Source: an uncultured delta proteobacterium
GTDB lineage: Bacteria > Desulfobacterota > Binatia > UBA9968
Length of the DNA: 64,000 nt
NCBI GenBank assembly: GCA_963771465.1
Contig: CAVYTU010000014.1
Span: forward strand, 768,001-832,000
Direction of reading: 5' to 3'
Part shown: one piece after another, positions 1 through 10,837 of the stretch
How the letters are laid out: each line of letters begins with the position of its first letter
Position numbering within the stretch: position 1 is the stretch's first letter
The notes under the pieces: generated by a model
What the model was told of the DNA's origin: nothing
Databases searched by the model: none
The model's input: only the letters and a program-made list of their open reading frames with translations
Made by a program: the position numbers and the translations under genes

Positions 1-27
1 AAAAAGGGCGCGCTGGAGTGGGATTGA
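1..27 (+). CDS. nuoA: NADH-quinone oxidoreductase subunit A, last codons only (partial)
   Basis: Frame 1 reads AAA AAG GGC GCG CTG GAG TGG GAT TGA = KKGALEWD*, the typical NuoA C-terminus; 6 nt before the nuoC ATG. Confidence 0.8.
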   Translation, partial: KKGALEWD

Positions 28-33
28 TTCTTC

Positions 34-591
34 ATGACTGAAACGAGTTCCCAGCTCGCCAACATCCAGCAAAAGCTTGGCGTCAACGTGATCGAAGCGA
101 TGCAAGCTCAGGGTGACGATGTCGTCATCTTGGAGCGCAGCGGATTACGCGAAAGCTTTCGCCGGTTAAAAGATGAAGTCGGCTTCGACCTGCTTTCGGA
201 CATCACCGCGGTGGATTACTGGCAAAAAAAAGAACCGCGCTTTGAAGTCGTCTATCAAATCGTGTCGCGCGTCAAGCGCAGCCGGTTGCGCGTGCGCGTG
301 CCAGTGCCGGAGGATGACCCGACGGTGGACTCGCTGACGCCCTTGTGGCGCGGCGCGAACTTTCTCGAGCGGGAAGTTTGGGATCTGTACGGCATTCGCT
401 TCGCCGATCATCCGGACTTGCGGCGAATTCTCTTGTACGACGAGTTCCAGGGCCATCCACTGCGCAAAGATTATCCCGTCAATCTGTGCCAGCCGCGGGT
501 TCCCGAACGGCATGTCGACGGCACTTTCGTCGACGAACGGTCGCACAACAAGTTACTGCGCCTGCAAAAGTCTTTGAGCAACAAGCGCTAA
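34..591 (+). CDS. nuoC: NADH-quinone oxidoreductase subunit C
   Basis: EREVWDLYGIRFADHPDLRRILL...GHPLRKDYP 30-kDa subunit signature. Confidence 0.95.
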   Translation: MTETSSQLANIQQKLGVNVIEAMQAQGDDVVILERSGLRESFRRLKDEVGFDLLSDITAVDYWQKKEPRFEVVYQIVSRVKRSRLRVRVPVPEDDPTVDSLTPLWRGANFLEREVWDLYGIRFADHPDLRRILLYDEFQGHPLRKDYPVNLCQPRVPERHVDGTFVDERSHNKLLRLQKSLSNKR

Positions 592-613
592 TGCCAGCTG
601 AGTTCCAAGCGAC

Positions 614-1807
614 GTGATGAAAGCGGAAAATCCAGAGCTACCGACCGAGATCATGGAACTGCAAATGGGTCCGTCCCACCCGGCGACCCATGGCACGATC
701 AAGTTCAACCTCAAACTCGAAGGCGAGAAAGTGCGCGAGTGCGATGTCGAAGTGGGCTTTCTCCATCGCGGCTTCGACAAGAGCTGCGAGCAAGCGACCT
801 GGACGCAAGTCATCCCTTACACCGACCGGCTGAACTACGCCTCATCGCTGATTAACAACGTCGGCTACGCGCTCGCCGTGGAGAAACTGATCGGCGCCGA
901 AACACCGGCGCGCTGCCAGTATATTCGCGTAATCATCAGCGAGCTGGCGCGGCTGTTCGATCATCTCACTTGCTGCGGTATGGCCGCTTCCGAATTGGGC
1001 GCCATCACCGTCGGTTTCTACATGATCGAAGCGCGCGAGCTCATCACGCACATCATTGAAAAATTGACCGGCGCGCGTTTGACCGTGACTTATGTCCGCA
1101 TCGGCGGGGTGAAGCATGATCTGCCCCATGATTTCGCGGCGCATGTGACCTCGGCTTTCTCGACCATCCGCAAGCTGCTCGATGACTGCGACCGCCTGTT
1201 GTCGCGTAACCGCATCTTTCTCGACCGCATGTCCAACGTCGGTGTGATCTCGGCCGACACCGCACTCAACTACAGTTTGACCGGGCCGATTCTGCGCGCA
1301 TCCGGGATCGATTACGACGTGCGCAAAGCTTTTCCTTACTTGGTTTACGACAAGATGGATTTCGAAGTGCCGTTGGGCAGCCGGGGCGATAATTACGACC
1401 GCTTTCTCTGCCGCATGCGCGAGATCGAGCAGAGCATGAAGATTGTCGACCAAGCCTTGCAGCAATTGCCCGTCGGGCCGGTGTGGATCGACGATCCGCG
1501 CTTTGTCTTGCCGGAAAAGGAGAAAGTTTACGGCAGCATCGAAGGCTTGATGCACCATTTTAAAATTATCATGGAAGGCATTCTGGTTCCGGCGGGCGAA
1601 ACTTACTTCGCCGTCGAGGGTGGCAACGGCGAGCTCGGCTTCTACATCGTCAGCGACGGCGGTGGCAAGCCTTACCGTTTGCGCGTGCGCCCGCCTTGCT
1701 TCATCGCCATGGGCGCGTTTGCCGAGATGATCACAGGTTACATGGTCGCCGATATTATCCCGACCTTCGGCATGATCAATATGATCGGCGGGGAGTGCGA
1801 TCGGTAA
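614..1807 (+). CDS. nuoD: NADH-quinone oxidoreductase subunit D
   Basis: MGPSHPATHG, GFLHRG, YTDRLNY, GELGFY, C-terminal GECDR; start may be ATG 617. Confidence 0.95.
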   Translation: MMKAENPELPTEIMELQMGPSHPATHGTIKFNLKLEGEKVRECDVEVGFLHRGFDKSCEQATWTQVIPYTDRLNYASSLINNVGYALAVEKLIGAETPARCQYIRVIISELARLFDHLTCCGMAASELGAITVGFYMIEARELITHIIEKLTGARLTVTYVRIGGVKHDLPHDFAAHVTSAFSTIRKLLDDCDRLLSRNRIFLDRMSNVGVISADTALNYSLTGPILRASGIDYDVRKAFPYLVYDKMDFEVPLGSRGDNYDRFLCRMREIEQSMKIVDQALQQLPVGPVWIDDPRFVLPEKEKVYGSIEGLMHHFKIIMEGILVPAGETYFAVEGGNGELGFYIVSDGGGKPYRLRVRPPCFIAMGAFAEMITGYMVADIIPTFGMINMIGGECDR

Positions 1808-1812
1808 GTTGG

Positions 1813-1887
1813 TCGAGGATTGAAGATGGAGGATCGAGTATAGAATTGGTGTGGAGTGGGGCGCGATCCTCGATTATCAATCCTCGA
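1813..1887. repeat. Inverted heptamer-array element (GAGGATY units) between nuoD and nuoE
   Basis: Left arm tcgaggattgaagatggaggatcg (1813-1836) matches the reverse complement of cgatcctcgattatcaatcctcga (1864-1887) at 21/24; 7-nt periodicity. Confidence 0.8.
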
Positions 1888-1898
1888 TTCGAAGACCT

Positions 1899-2372
1899 AT
1901 GGCCTTAGAGTTTTCACCTGAGACGCTGAAAAAGTTCGAAGCAACCGTTGCGCGCTATCCGAAGAAGGAAGCGGCGATGCTGCCGGTGCTTTTTTTAGCG
2001 CAGCAGGAATTTGGCCACCTGGGTCCGGAGGCGATCGAATATGTCGCCCGGTTGATGGATCAGGCGCCGGCGCGGGTGCATGGTGTGGTGAGTTTTTACA
2101 CCATGTACAACATGAAACCGATCGGCCGCCACCATATTCAAGTCTGCCGCACCCTGCCGTGCGCGCTGCGCGGCGCGGAAAGCGTGACGAACTTTATCAA
2201 AAATAAACTTGGCATCGAATGCGGCGAGACGACAGGCGATGGCCGGTTTACGCTTTCCGAAGTCGAGTGTTTAGCGTCATGCGGCACGGCGCCGATGATG
2301 CAAGTTAACGACGATTATTATGAGAACTTAACTGAAGAGAAGCTCAATGAGATTCTCGACGCAATGAAATAA
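1899..2372 (+). CDS. nuoE: NADH-quinone oxidoreductase subunit E
   Basis: SFYTMY, CRTLPC...ECLASCGTAP 2Fe-2S (N1a) motif; start trimmed to ATG 1899 because the upstream extension is translated repeat. Confidence 0.95.
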   Translation: MALEFSPETLKKFEATVARYPKKEAAMLPVLFLAQQEFGHLGPEAIEYVARLMDQAPARVHGVVSFYTMYNMKPIGRHHIQVCRTLPCALRGAESVTNFIKNKLGIECGETTGDGRFTLSEVECLASCGTAPMMQVNDDYYENLTEEKLNEILDAMK

Positions 2373-2374
2373 AA

Positions 2375-2464
2375 AATTGATAATGGAAAATGGATAATGG
2401 ATACGCAAGAGTCGCAATGAGAGAATCCGAGACATTCTCCATTTTCCATTCTCCATTCTCCATT
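2375..2464. repeat. Inverted heptamer-array element (GANAATG / CATTYTC units) between nuoE and nuoF
   Basis: aattgataatggaaaatggataatgga ... cattctccattttccattctccattctccatt. Confidence 0.85.
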
Positions 2465-2479
2465 GTGCTTTAAGAGTTC

Positions 2480-3748
2480 ATGGAAAAGCTTCTTCTCCGC
2501 AATATCGGTGTTCCCGGTTCGGACACGCTGGCGACTTATCAGTCGCGCGGCGGTTATGCATCTTGGCGCAAAGTCGTCGAGGGCATGAAGCCGGAACAGC
2601 TGATCGATGAAGTGAAAGCTTCGGGGCTGCGTGGCCGCGGTGGCGCTGGATTTCCCACCGGCATGAAGTGGAGCTTCGTGCCGAAGGACAATCCCAAGCC
2701 CAAGTATCTCGTTTGCAACGCGGATGAGAGCGAACCGGGGACGTTCAAAGACCGCTTGCTGATCGAACAAGACCCCCACGCAGTTATTGAAGGCACTTTG
2801 ATCGCCGCCTTCGCGATTCAATCTCATACGGCCTTCATTTATATCCGTGGCGAGATGGTCTTCGGCACCCAGCAGTTGGAGCGCGCCGTCGACGAAGCCT
2901 ATCGAGCGGGTTTGCTCGGTAAAAATATTTTCGGTGCTGGTTACGATCTGGATTTGATCGTGCACCGTGGCGCCGGCGCATATATCTGCGGCGAAGAAAC
3001 CGCTTTGCTTTCTTCATTGGAAGGCGGCCGGGGTTGGCCCAAAGTCAAACCGCCGTTTCCAGCGACGCACGGATTGTTCGGTTGCCCGACCGTAGTGAAC
3101 AACGTCGAGACGCTGGCCGTGTTGCCGTGGATACTCGAGCGCGGCGCGGCGGCCTATGGCGCCATGGGAACGGAGAAGAGCAAGGGAACGAAACTTTTCA
3201 GCGTCAGCGGCCATGTTACCAAGCCGGGCGTTTACGAAGTGGAAATGGGCTACCCATTCAAAAAGTTTCTCGAAGAAGACTGCGGCGGCGTGCCCAATGG
3301 CAAGAAGCTCAAGGGTGTGATTCCCGGCGGCGCTTCGATGCCGGTGTTAAAGCCCGACGAAATCGAAAAGGTAAATCTCGATTACGAATCCGTGGCGGCG
3401 GCGGGCAGTTTGCTTGGCTCGGGCGGCGTGATTGTCATGGACGAGACGACGTGCATGGTGCGGGCAGCGTGGAGTATCGCGCGCTTCTTTGCCCACGAGT
3501 CTTGCGGCCAGTGCAGCCCCTGCCGCGAAGGCTGCCACTGGATGGAAAAGATTTTTCAGCGCGTCGAGCATGGCGAAGGGGAGAAGAGCGATCTGGATTT
3601 AATTCTCAACATCAGCGGCAATATTATGGGCAACACGATCTGTCCGTTTGGCGACGCCGCGGCGATGCCGGCGGCGGCGTTTATCCGCAAGTATCGCGAC
3701 GAGTTCGAAGCGCATATCGCCGAGAAGCGATGCACGGTGCGGGGATAA
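2480..3748 (+). CDS. nuoF: NADH-quinone oxidoreductase subunit F
   Basis: SGLRGRGGAGFPTG, NADESEPGTFKDR, GAGAYICGEETAL, ESCGQCSPCREG. Confidence 0.97.
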   Translation: MEKLLLRNIGVPGSDTLATYQSRGGYASWRKVVEGMKPEQLIDEVKASGLRGRGGAGFPTGMKWSFVPKDNPKPKYLVCNADESEPGTFKDRLLIEQDPHAVIEGTLIAAFAIQSHTAFIYIRGEMVFGTQQLERAVDEAYRAGLLGKNIFGAGYDLDLIVHRGAGAYICGEETALLSSLEGGRGWPKVKPPFPATHGLFGCPTVVNNVETLAVLPWILERGAAAYGAMGTEKSKGTKLFSVSGHVTKPGVYEVEMGYPFKKFLEEDCGGVPNGKKLKGVIPGGASMPVLKPDEIEKVNLDYESVAAAGSLLGSGGVIVMDETTCMVRAAWSIARFFAHESCGQCSPCREGCHWMEKIFQRVEHGEGEKSDLDLILNISGNIMGNTICPFGDAAAMPAAAFIRKYRDEFEAHIAEKRCTVRG

Positions 3749-3751
3749 AAA

Positions 3752-3828
3752 ATGGAGTGCTGGAGCGGTGGAGTAATGGAGTGATGGGTCCGGACCCAAT
3801 ACTCCAACACTCCAGTACTCCATCATTC
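3752..3828. repeat. Inverted octamer-array element (TGGAGTRN units) between nuoF and nuoG
   Basis: tggagtgc tggagcgg tggagtaa tggagtga, central perfect palindrome TGGGTCCGGACCCA (3785-3798), then atactcca acactcca gtactcca. Confidence 0.85.
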
Positions 3829-3839
3829 GAATCTTCACT

Positions 3840-5429
3840 ATGGATCCGGTAAAAATCATCGTCGACGGTAAAGAAGTGGTCACCACCAAGGGCAAGACCG
3901 TGATTCAAGCGGCGGCCGAGGTCGGCGTGGCGATTCCACACTACTGCTATCACCCAAAACTTTCCATTGCCGGTAACTGCCGCATGTGTCTGGTTGAGAT
4001 CGAAAAGATGCCCAAGCTGCAAATCGCCTGTAATACTCAGGTGGCGGAAGGCATGTCGGTGCTGACCCAGAGCCCGAAGGTTGTGGCGGTGCGCAAAGCG
4101 GTGATGGAATTTTTGCTGATCAATCATCCGGTGGACTGCCCGATCTGCGATCAAGCCGGCGAGTGCCAGCTGCAAAATTACTACATGGAGCACGATCGCG
4201 AGGAGAGCCGCTTCGAGGTCGGTAAAGTCCACGACCGCAAGAAAACGATCTTCGGCCCCAACGTCATTTTCGACGGCGAGCGCTGCATCAAGTGCACCCG
4301 CTGCGTGCGCTTCTGCCAGGAGATCACCAAGACCGACGAGCTGGCGGTGGTCAACCGCGGCGATCATTCGACGATCGCGCTATTCGACGACGTCGTGCTC
4401 GATAATCCTTTGTCCGCCAACGTCGTCGACATCTGCCCGGTGGGCGCGCTCACCGACCGCGATTTTCGATTCAAAGTGCGCGTCTGGTATTTGGAGAAAA
4501 CGCCGTCCATTTGTCCGGGCTGCAGCACCGGCTGCAATATCAGCGTGGAGGCCTATCAAAACAAAATTGCGCGTTTCAAACCGCGCGTCAACGAAGCGGT
4601 CAACAGCCACTGGATTTGCGACGAAGGGCGCTACTGTTTTCACGATCTCGCCGGTGGCGAGCGTCTGACCACGCCGCTGATCCGTCAAGAAGGCGGCTTG
4701 GTGGCGACGACTTGGGAGATCGCTTTGCAGGCCGTTTACAGCGGCCTTAGCTCGGCTCAGCCGTTGGCGGCGATCCTGTCCGGGCGAAATACTAACGAAG
4801 AAGCATTTCTGTTCGCTAAACTGATTCGGAAAATCGCTCCAGAAGCTGGGTTAGAAGTTTTTTACCAGGAACGTGAACTGACGGAGACCCAGAAAATTCT
4901 CATGAGTCCGGACCGCTCGCCCAATTTCCGCGGCGCGCGGGAAATGGGCGTTAGTTCCAACGGTGGCTTCGACGCCTTGATGCGGCAGCTCGCGACGGGA
5001 AGTTATGCTTCAGCCTACGTCGTCGGTGAGGAGCTGATCGGCGCCAATGGCGATGGTGCTAGAATTCGCGCCGGGTTAGGGAACCTTTCCTTTCTCGTCG
5101 TGCAAGATACACGTATGACGGAAACCGCCAAGCTTGCCCACGTGGTTCTCCCGTCGGTCCATTTCGGCGAGAAAGAGGGTACGTACACCAATCGCAAAGG
5201 GCGGGTGCAAAAGCTCAATGCTGCCGTGATTCCACCCGGTGATGCGCTTCAGGATAGCGAGATATTCTTGCGCTTGCTACAAGCCGCAGGTGAAAAGCTT
5301 GCCTATGTAACGCCGCGCGAAATTTTCGCCGCGCTGGCCGAAGAGGTTTCTGCGTATAAAGGATTGGACTACGACTCGGTGGGCGATCAGGGAATTGAGT
5401 TGGGCAGCGGTGGTGGCGCAGCAACATGA
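3840..5429 (+). CDS. nuoG: NADH-quinone oxidoreductase subunit G (short form, 529 aa)
   Basis: CYHPKLSIAGNCRMC, HPVDCPICDQAGEC, CIKCTRC...CPVGAL, CPGCSTGC...C cluster motifs; position in operon. Confidence 0.92.
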   Translation: MDPVKIIVDGKEVVTTKGKTVIQAAAEVGVAIPHYCYHPKLSIAGNCRMCLVEIEKMPKLQIACNTQVAEGMSVLTQSPKVVAVRKAVMEFLLINHPVDCPICDQAGECQLQNYYMEHDREESRFEVGKVHDRKKTIFGPNVIFDGERCIKCTRCVRFCQEITKTDELAVVNRGDHSTIALFDDVVLDNPLSANVVDICPVGALTDRDFRFKVRVWYLEKTPSICPGCSTGCNISVEAYQNKIARFKPRVNEAVNSHWICDEGRYCFHDLAGGERLTTPLIRQEGGLVATTWEIALQAVYSGLSSAQPLAAILSGRNTNEEAFLFAKLIRKIAPEAGLEVFYQERELTETQKILMSPDRSPNFRGAREMGVSSNGGFDALMRQLATGSYASAYVVGEELIGANGDGARIRAGLGNLSFLVVQDTRMTETAKLAHVVLPSVHFGEKEGTYTNRKGRVQKLNAAVIPPGDALQDSEIFLRLLQAAGEKLAYVTPREIFAALAEEVSAYKGLDYDSVGDQGIELGSGGGAAT

Positions 5430-6556
5430 TCGTCGATTTCGCGATTATCTTTCTGAAAGCCGCGTTGGTTCTCGGCGTGGTGCTCAATCTCGCCGGCACC
5501 TTGGGCTGGATCGAGCGCAAAAGCAGCGCATTGATTCAAGACCGCATCGGCGCCAACCGCGCATCGATTTTTGGTTTCGCCGGTCTGGGGCTGGTGAACA
5601 CTTTGATCGCTGATCCGCTCAAGTTCCTGACCAAAGAAGATTTCATTCCGCCCAGTGGCGATAAGTTTTTGCATACTTTAGCGCCGTGCATGGCGCTGTT
5701 TCCGGCGTTGGTCACCTTCGCGGTCATTCCCTTCGGCGACGTGCTGAACCTCGGCGGGCGCACGATCAATTTACAGGTCGCCAATATCAACATCGGTATT
5801 CTCTACGTTTTCGCCATGGGATCGCTTGGCGTTTACGGCATCGTCATCGGCGCCTGGGCATCGAACAACAAGTTTTCCATGCTCGGCGGTATACGCGGTT
5901 CAGCGCAGATGATTTCTTACGAGATCGCCATGGGATTATCGGTCATCGGCGTGCTGATGGTTTACGGCACCCTGGAGCTGCAAGAGATCGCGCGCGGTCA
6001 AAGCGCATTGATGCGCGACCTGTTGCCAACCTGGCTGGGCTTCTTGCAACCGGCGATCGGTTGGTTGCCCGCTTGGGGGATATTTCTCCAGCCGCTGGCA
6101 TTTCTGCTTTTCTTCACCGCTGCGGTGGCCGAAACTAAACGGATACCGTTCGATCTACCCGAGGGCGAGTCGGAGCTCGTCGCCGGCTATCACGTCGAAT
6201 ATTCCGGCGGCAAATTTTTAATGTTTTTCGCCGGCGAGTTCGCCGAGATCGTCACCGCCGCCGGCCTGGTGACGACTCTGTTCTTCGGCGGTTGGCAGGT
6301 GCCCTATTTGCTCCGCGACGGCTTTCACTTTCCCTGGGGCGCGACGTTGCTGCTGCCGCACTTGGCCGTGGTGCTGCTGCAGGTCGGTGCCTTTGCGCTA
6401 AAGGTGGTTTTTTTCTGCTGGCTGCAGATCTTGCTGCGCTGGAGCGTGCCGCGTTTTCGCTACGATCAGGTGATGCGCTTGGGCTGGAAGATGCTTTTGC
6501 CGCTGGCGCTGATCAACGTCGCGGTGACGGCCGTCTGGATCGTCGCCGCGCAGTAA
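5426..6556 (+). CDS. nuoH: NADH-quinone oxidoreductase subunit H
   Basis: ERK...IQDRIG, AQMISYE, PFDLPEGESELVAGYHVEYSG, PRFRYDQ. Confidence 0.96.
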   Translation: MIVDFAIIFLKAALVLGVVLNLAGTLGWIERKSSALIQDRIGANRASIFGFAGLGLVNTLIADPLKFLTKEDFIPPSGDKFLHTLAPCMALFPALVTFAVIPFGDVLNLGGRTINLQVANINIGILYVFAMGSLGVYGIVIGAWASNNKFSMLGGIRGSAQMISYEIAMGLSVIGVLMVYGTLELQEIARGQSALMRDLLPTWLGFLQPAIGWLPAWGIFLQPLAFLLFFTAAVAETKRIPFDLPEGESELVAGYHVEYSGGKFLMFFAGEFAEIVTAAGLVTTLFFGGWQVPYLLRDGFHFPWGATLLLPHLAVVLLQVGAFALKVVFFCWLQILLRWSVPRFRYDQVMRLGWKMLLPLALINVAVTAVWIVAAQ

Positions 6557-6568
6557 GAATTTCAAAGC

Positions 6569-7069
6569 ATGGATATCGAAAGTCTGATTTTCTATTTGCT
6601 CGCCGCCCTGCTGTTGATCGCTTCGCTGCTGGTGGTGTTTCTGCGCAACGTTGTCCACTGCGCCATGGCGTTGGTGACGGCGTTGTTGCTGATCGCGGTT
6701 TTGTTCATCACCTTGCACGCGCCGATGATCGGTGTCCTACAAGTCATAATCTACGCCGGTGCGATAATGGTTTTGTTTCTCTTCGTCATCATGTTTCTCA
6801 ACCCTGCTGTTTTGGAACAGCAACGCGGCATTTGGTGGGGCTTTGGTACAATCTTGGCGTCGCTGTTGGCGGGGCTACTGATTCCTCTGCTTGGGCGCGA
6901 CGAGCTCCCCAGCGATCCGCTGGCGGCCACTGAGCTTTTCGGTAGCCCGGAGATGCTAGCGAAAAGTTTGTTCAACGAGTTCGTTCTGCCCTTCGAGATC
7001 GCCTCGGTATTACTGCTGGTGGCGATCATCGGCGCGGTGGTGTTGGCCAAGCGGGAGCATAAGACATGA
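6569..7069 (+). CDS. nuoJ: NADH-quinone oxidoreductase subunit J
   Basis: [34 protein letters not shown]. Confidence 0.95.
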   Translation: MDIESLIFYLLAALLLIASLLVVFLRNVVHCAMALVTALLLIAVLFITLHAPMIGVLQVIIYAGAIMVLFLFVIMFLNPAVLEQQRGIWWGFGTILASLLAGLLIPLLGRDELPSDPLAATELFGSPEMLAKSLFNEFVLPFEIASVLLLVAIIGAVVLAKREHKT

Positions 7070-7371
7070 TCGTCGGCTTGCAACACTATCTCATTCTGAG
7101 CGCGGTGATTTTTTCCATCGGCGTGATCGGTGTGCTGATCCGGCGCAATTTGATCGTTGTCCTCATGTCGATCGAGCTCATGCTCAATGCGGTCAATCTC
7201 ACCTTCATCGCTTTTTCGCGCTATCTCGGCTCCACCGATGGCCAAGTCATCGTTTTTTTCGTCATGGCGGTGGCCGCGGCTGAAGCGGTCATCGGCCTGG
7301 CGATTATCATTTCCGTCTTTCGCCACCGCCAAACCCTCGACCCCCAGGAGATGCAGCTACTCAAATGGTAG
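7066..7371 (+). CDS. nuoK: NADH-quinone oxidoreductase subunit K
   Basis: [29 protein letters not shown]. Confidence 0.96.
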   Translation: MIVGLQHYLILSAVIFSIGVIGVLIRRNLIVVLMSIELMLNAVNLTFIAFSRYLGSTDGQVIVFFVMAVAAAEAVIGLAIIISVFRHRQTLDPQEMQLLKW

Positions 7372-9284
7372 AGGCGCCGGCAAACACGATCGCCAGCGAT
7401 TTGTTGCGTTGGCTCCCCCTGATCCCGCTCTCGGCCAGTGTGTTCAATCTGTTCTTTGGCCGCTGGCTCGGCAAGCAATTGGCCGGCGCCGTGGCTTCGG
7501 CCGCAGTAGGCGCGTCTTTTGCGCTGGCGTTCTATCTATTTTGGCAAATGGCGTCGACGGCGATCTGGCGCGATAGCGTCTTTACCTGGATTCAGTCCGG
7601 CTCGTTTCAAGTCAATCTTTCCTTCCAAGTCGACGCGCTGACCGCGGTGATGTTGCTGATCGTCACCGGCATCGGCTTTCTGATCCATCTCTACTCGCTT
7701 GGCTACATGGGCCACGATGACGACAGGGTGCGCTTTTTCATCTATCTCAATCTGTTTATCTTCTTCATGCTGCTTTTGGTGATGGCCGACAACTTACTAC
7801 TGCTCTTCGTCGGTTGGGAGGGCGTCGGTCTTTGTTCCTACTTGCTGATCGGATTTTGGCATCGTGATCACAACAACACTATCGCCGGCAACAAGGCGTT
7901 CATCGTCAACCGCATCGGTGACTTCGGCTTCCTTCTGGGCATTTTTTTGCTGGTCACCGAGCTCGCCCGCCAGGGCGTGTGGACGTTGGATTTCATCGAG
8001 TTGCAGCAGCAGGTGAAGCTGCTCAGTCCGGCGACGATTACGTTGATTACGTTGCTGCTTTTTATCGGTGCCGCCGGCAAGTCGGCGCAAATTCCTCTAT
8101 TCGTCTGGCTGCCCGACGCCATGGCCGGTCCTACGCCGGTGAGCGCTCTGATCCATGCCGCAACCATGGTGACCGCCGGCGTATACATGACCGCGCGGCT
8201 GCATTTTCTTTTTGCCCTGGCGCCGGCGACCCTCGGGCTGATCGCCGTGATCGGCGCGGCGACGGCCTTGCTCGCCGCGACCATCGCATTGACGCAAAAC
8301 GATATTAAGAAAGTTCTTGCCTATTCGACCGTGAGCCAGCTCGGTTATATGTTTCTCGCCGTCGGCTTGGGCGCTTTCGGCGCGGCGATCTTTCATGTTT
8401 TCACCCATGCGTTTTTCAAGGCTTGTTTGTTCCTGGGATCGGGCAGCGTGATTCACGCCCTCGGCGGCGAACAGGATATGCGCAAAATGGGCGGGCTCAA
8501 GGCGCATATGCCGCAGACCTATTGGACTTACATGGTCGCGACCTTGGCGCTCGCCGGCATTCCGTTCACCGCCGGTTTTTTTTCCAAAGATTTAATTCTT
8601 TGGCAGGCGTTCAGCCACGGCGCGTTTGTTCTTTGGGGCGTCGGTTTGGTCACTGCGGGCATGACCGCGTTCTACATGTTCCGCCAGGTCTTCATGGTGT
8701 TTCATGGTCAGTGCCGCGCCGACGAGCATGCCAAAGCGCATCTCCATGAATCGCCGGCGGTGATGACGCTGCCGTTGATCATTCTCGCCGTCGGTTCGAT
8801 CTTTACCGGTTGGTTGGGCGCGCCAGAGTATCTTTGGGGCAGCCGCTGGGATCATTGGCTTGAGCCGTTGTTCGGCACGGCGGTGCATCATGGGTCGGTC
8901 GGCACCGAAGTGGTCGTTACTTTGCTTACCGTCGCCGTAGTCGCCGCGGGAATCTATCTCGCCTACGAGAAATACGGCAAAGCCGGGACGACAATCGCCG
9001 AACCTGCCGTTGGCAATCGGCTGCAGCAACTTTCGCTCAATAAATTTTACGTCGACGAGTTTTACGATTTGGTTTTGGTGCGGCCGTTCACGAGGATCTC
9101 CGGTTTCTTTGCTCATTTTATCGATCCGTGGGTGATCGATGGAGCGGTCAATGGCGTGGCAGCGGCGACGCGCGGCGCCAGCACGATCTGGCGCGCAATC
9201 CAGACCGGCAACGTGCAGCATTACGCGGCGATGTTTTTGGTCGGTGTGCTGGCGCTGTTAGCCTACTATCTCGGTCAGTTGTAA
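7365..9284 (+). CDS. nuoL: NADH-quinone oxidoreductase subunit L
   Basis: [53 protein letters not shown]. Confidence 0.97.
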   Translation: MVEAPANTIASDLLRWLPLIPLSASVFNLFFGRWLGKQLAGAVASAAVGASFALAFYLFWQMASTAIWRDSVFTWIQSGSFQVNLSFQVDALTAVMLLIVTGIGFLIHLYSLGYMGHDDDRVRFFIYLNLFIFFMLLLVMADNLLLLFVGWEGVGLCSYLLIGFWHRDHNNTIAGNKAFIVNRIGDFGFLLGIFLLVTELARQGVWTLDFIELQQQVKLLSPATITLITLLLFIGAAGKSAQIPLFVWLPDAMAGPTPVSALIHAATMVTAGVYMTARLHFLFALAPATLGLIAVIGAATALLAATIALTQNDIKKVLAYSTVSQLGYMFLAVGLGAFGAAIFHVFTHAFFKACLFLGSGSVIHALGGEQDMRKMGGLKAHMPQTYWTYMVATLALAGIPFTAGFFSKDLILWQAFSHGAFVLWGVGLVTAGMTAFYMFRQVFMVFHGQCRADEHAKAHLHESPAVMTLPLIILAVGSIFTGWLGAPEYLWGSRWDHWLEPLFGTAVHHGSVGTEVVVTLLTVAVVAAGIYLAYEKYGKAGTTIAEPAVGNRLQQLSLNKFYVDEFYDLVLVRPFTRISGFFAHFIDPWVIDGAVNGVAAATRGASTIWRAIQTGNVQHYAAMFLVGVLALLAYYLGQL

Positions 9285-9286
9285 AC

Positions 9287-10837
9287 ATGGAGAGCTACGG
9301 TTTTGGAGACTTGACACTGCTGCTCGCCATCCCGGTGATCGGCGCGCTATTGCTAGTACTGCTGCCCCGGCGTCAAACCATAATGCTTTTTTCCCTGGCT
9401 CTGCTTTCGGCCGGCGCGGCATTTTTCTGGTCGCTAAAGATTTTCACCAAGTTCGATGGCGGCAACGGCGGCATGCAGCTCATGGAGCGCGTGGCGTGGA
9501 TGCCGAGCTTTGGCATTCACTACATGGTCGGCATCGACGGCATCAGTATTTTCCTGGTCTTGCTGACGACGTTGCTCATGCCGCTGGCGATCTTGGCCTC
9601 ATGGACGGTGCAGGACAAAGTCAAAGAATATCTGATCTTCATGTTGCTTTTGGAAACCGGCATGCTCGGCGCCTTCGTCGCGCTCGATCTTTTTCTCTTC
9701 TACGTTTTTTGGGAAGTGATGCTGGTGCCGATGTATTTTCTCATCGGCGTGTGGGGCGGCACGCGGCGCATTTATGCCGCGCTCAAGTTCGTCATCTTCA
9801 CCATGGCCGGTAGCTTGCTCATGCTGGTGGCGATCATTTATCTCGCCACGCGCCATGCTGAAGTGAACCAGGTGATGACGTTTAACTTGCTCCAGCTTTA
9901 CGAACTACACCTGCCGCCCGAGCAGCAAATGTGGTTGTTTCTCGCCTTTGCGTTGTCCTTCGCGATCAAAGTTCCGCTGTTTCCATTTCATACCTGGTTG
10001 CCCGACGCCCATGTGGAAGCGCCGACGGCGGGTTCGGTGATCCTCGCCGGTGTTCTCTTGAAGCTCGGCACCTACGGCTTTTTGCGCTTCGCCATTCCAC
10101 TTTTTCCAGACGCTGCGTTAGCGGCGACACCCTACATCGTCGCACTCGCCGTCATCGGTATTATCTACGGCGCGGTGGTGGCGATGATGCAGAGCGATAT
10201 TAAAAAGTTGGTTGCCTATTCGTCCGTCAGCCATCTCGGTTTCGTCATCCTCGGACTGTTCGCGCTCAACATGCAAGGCGTGCAGGGTGCGGTCTATCAG
10301 ATGATCAATCACGGTTTGTCCACCGGCGCGTTGTTTCTCTTGGTCGGCATGATTTACGAACGGCGCCACACGCGCATGATCGACGCCTTCGGCGGTTTGT
10401 GGCAGCCGCTGCCGGTTTTTTCGACATTGTTTTTGGTGGTAATGTTTTCGTCCATCGGCTTGCCCGGCCTCAACGGTTTCGTCGGCGAGTTTTTGATCTT
10501 GCTCGGTTCTTTTAGCGCGGCGCCGCGCTGGACCGCCGTCGCCACCACCGGGGTCATTCTCGGCGCGGTTTACATGCTCTGGATGTTTCGCCGGGTTATC
10601 TTTGGGCCGCTGACCCATGCGGAAAACCTGCAGTTAAAAGATTTGAACGGCCGCGAGTTGCTGATTCTCGCGCCGATTCTGCTGCTGATCGTTTTCATGG
10701 GCATCTACCCGCAGCCGTTCCTGAGCCGTATCGAGCCGGCCGTGGAGCAGACCTTGAAACGAGTGTTCGCGACGACGGCGCTGCCGGTGGCCGTCAAACA
10801 AAATCTCAGCGGGAAGCAAAAAAGCGATGGACGTTAA
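9287..10837 (+). CDS. nuoM: NADH-quinone oxidoreductase subunit M
   Basis: FWEVMLVPMY, KVPLFPFHTWLPDAHVEAPT, AYSSVSHLG; start trimmed to ATG 9287 just after the nuoL stop. Confidence 0.96.
   Translation: MESYGFGDLTLLLAIPVIGALLLVLLPRRQTIMLFSLALLSAGAAFFWSLKIFTKFDGGNGGMQLMERVAWMPSFGIHYMVGIDGISIFLVLLTTLLMPLAILASWTVQDKVKEYLIFMLLLETGMLGAFVALDLFLFYVFWEVMLVPMYFLIGVWGGTRRIYAALKFVIFTMAGSLLMLVAIIYLATRHAEVNQVMTFNLLQLYELHLPPEQQMWLFLAFALSFAIKVPLFPFHTWLPDAHVEAPTAGSVILAGVLLKLGTYGFLRFAIPLFPDAALAATPYIVALAVIGIIYGAVVAMMQSDIKKLVAYSSVSHLGFVILGLFALNMQGVQGAVYQMINHGLSTGALFLLVGMIYERRHTRMIDAFGGLWQPLPVFSTLFLVVMFSSIGLPGLNGFVGEFLILLGSFSAAPRWTAVATTGVILGAVYMLWMFRRVIFGPLTHAENLQLKDLNGRELLILAPILLLIVFMGIYPQPFLSRIEPAVEQTLKRVFATTALPVAVKQNLSGKQKSDGR

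Noticed and set aside
1851-1898. N-terminal extensions of nuoE (and of the FAD subunit at 19940-19984) in the ORF track
   Set aside because: They are translations of the intergenic repeat arrays (e.g. QSKIENPKSKI), not conserved protein
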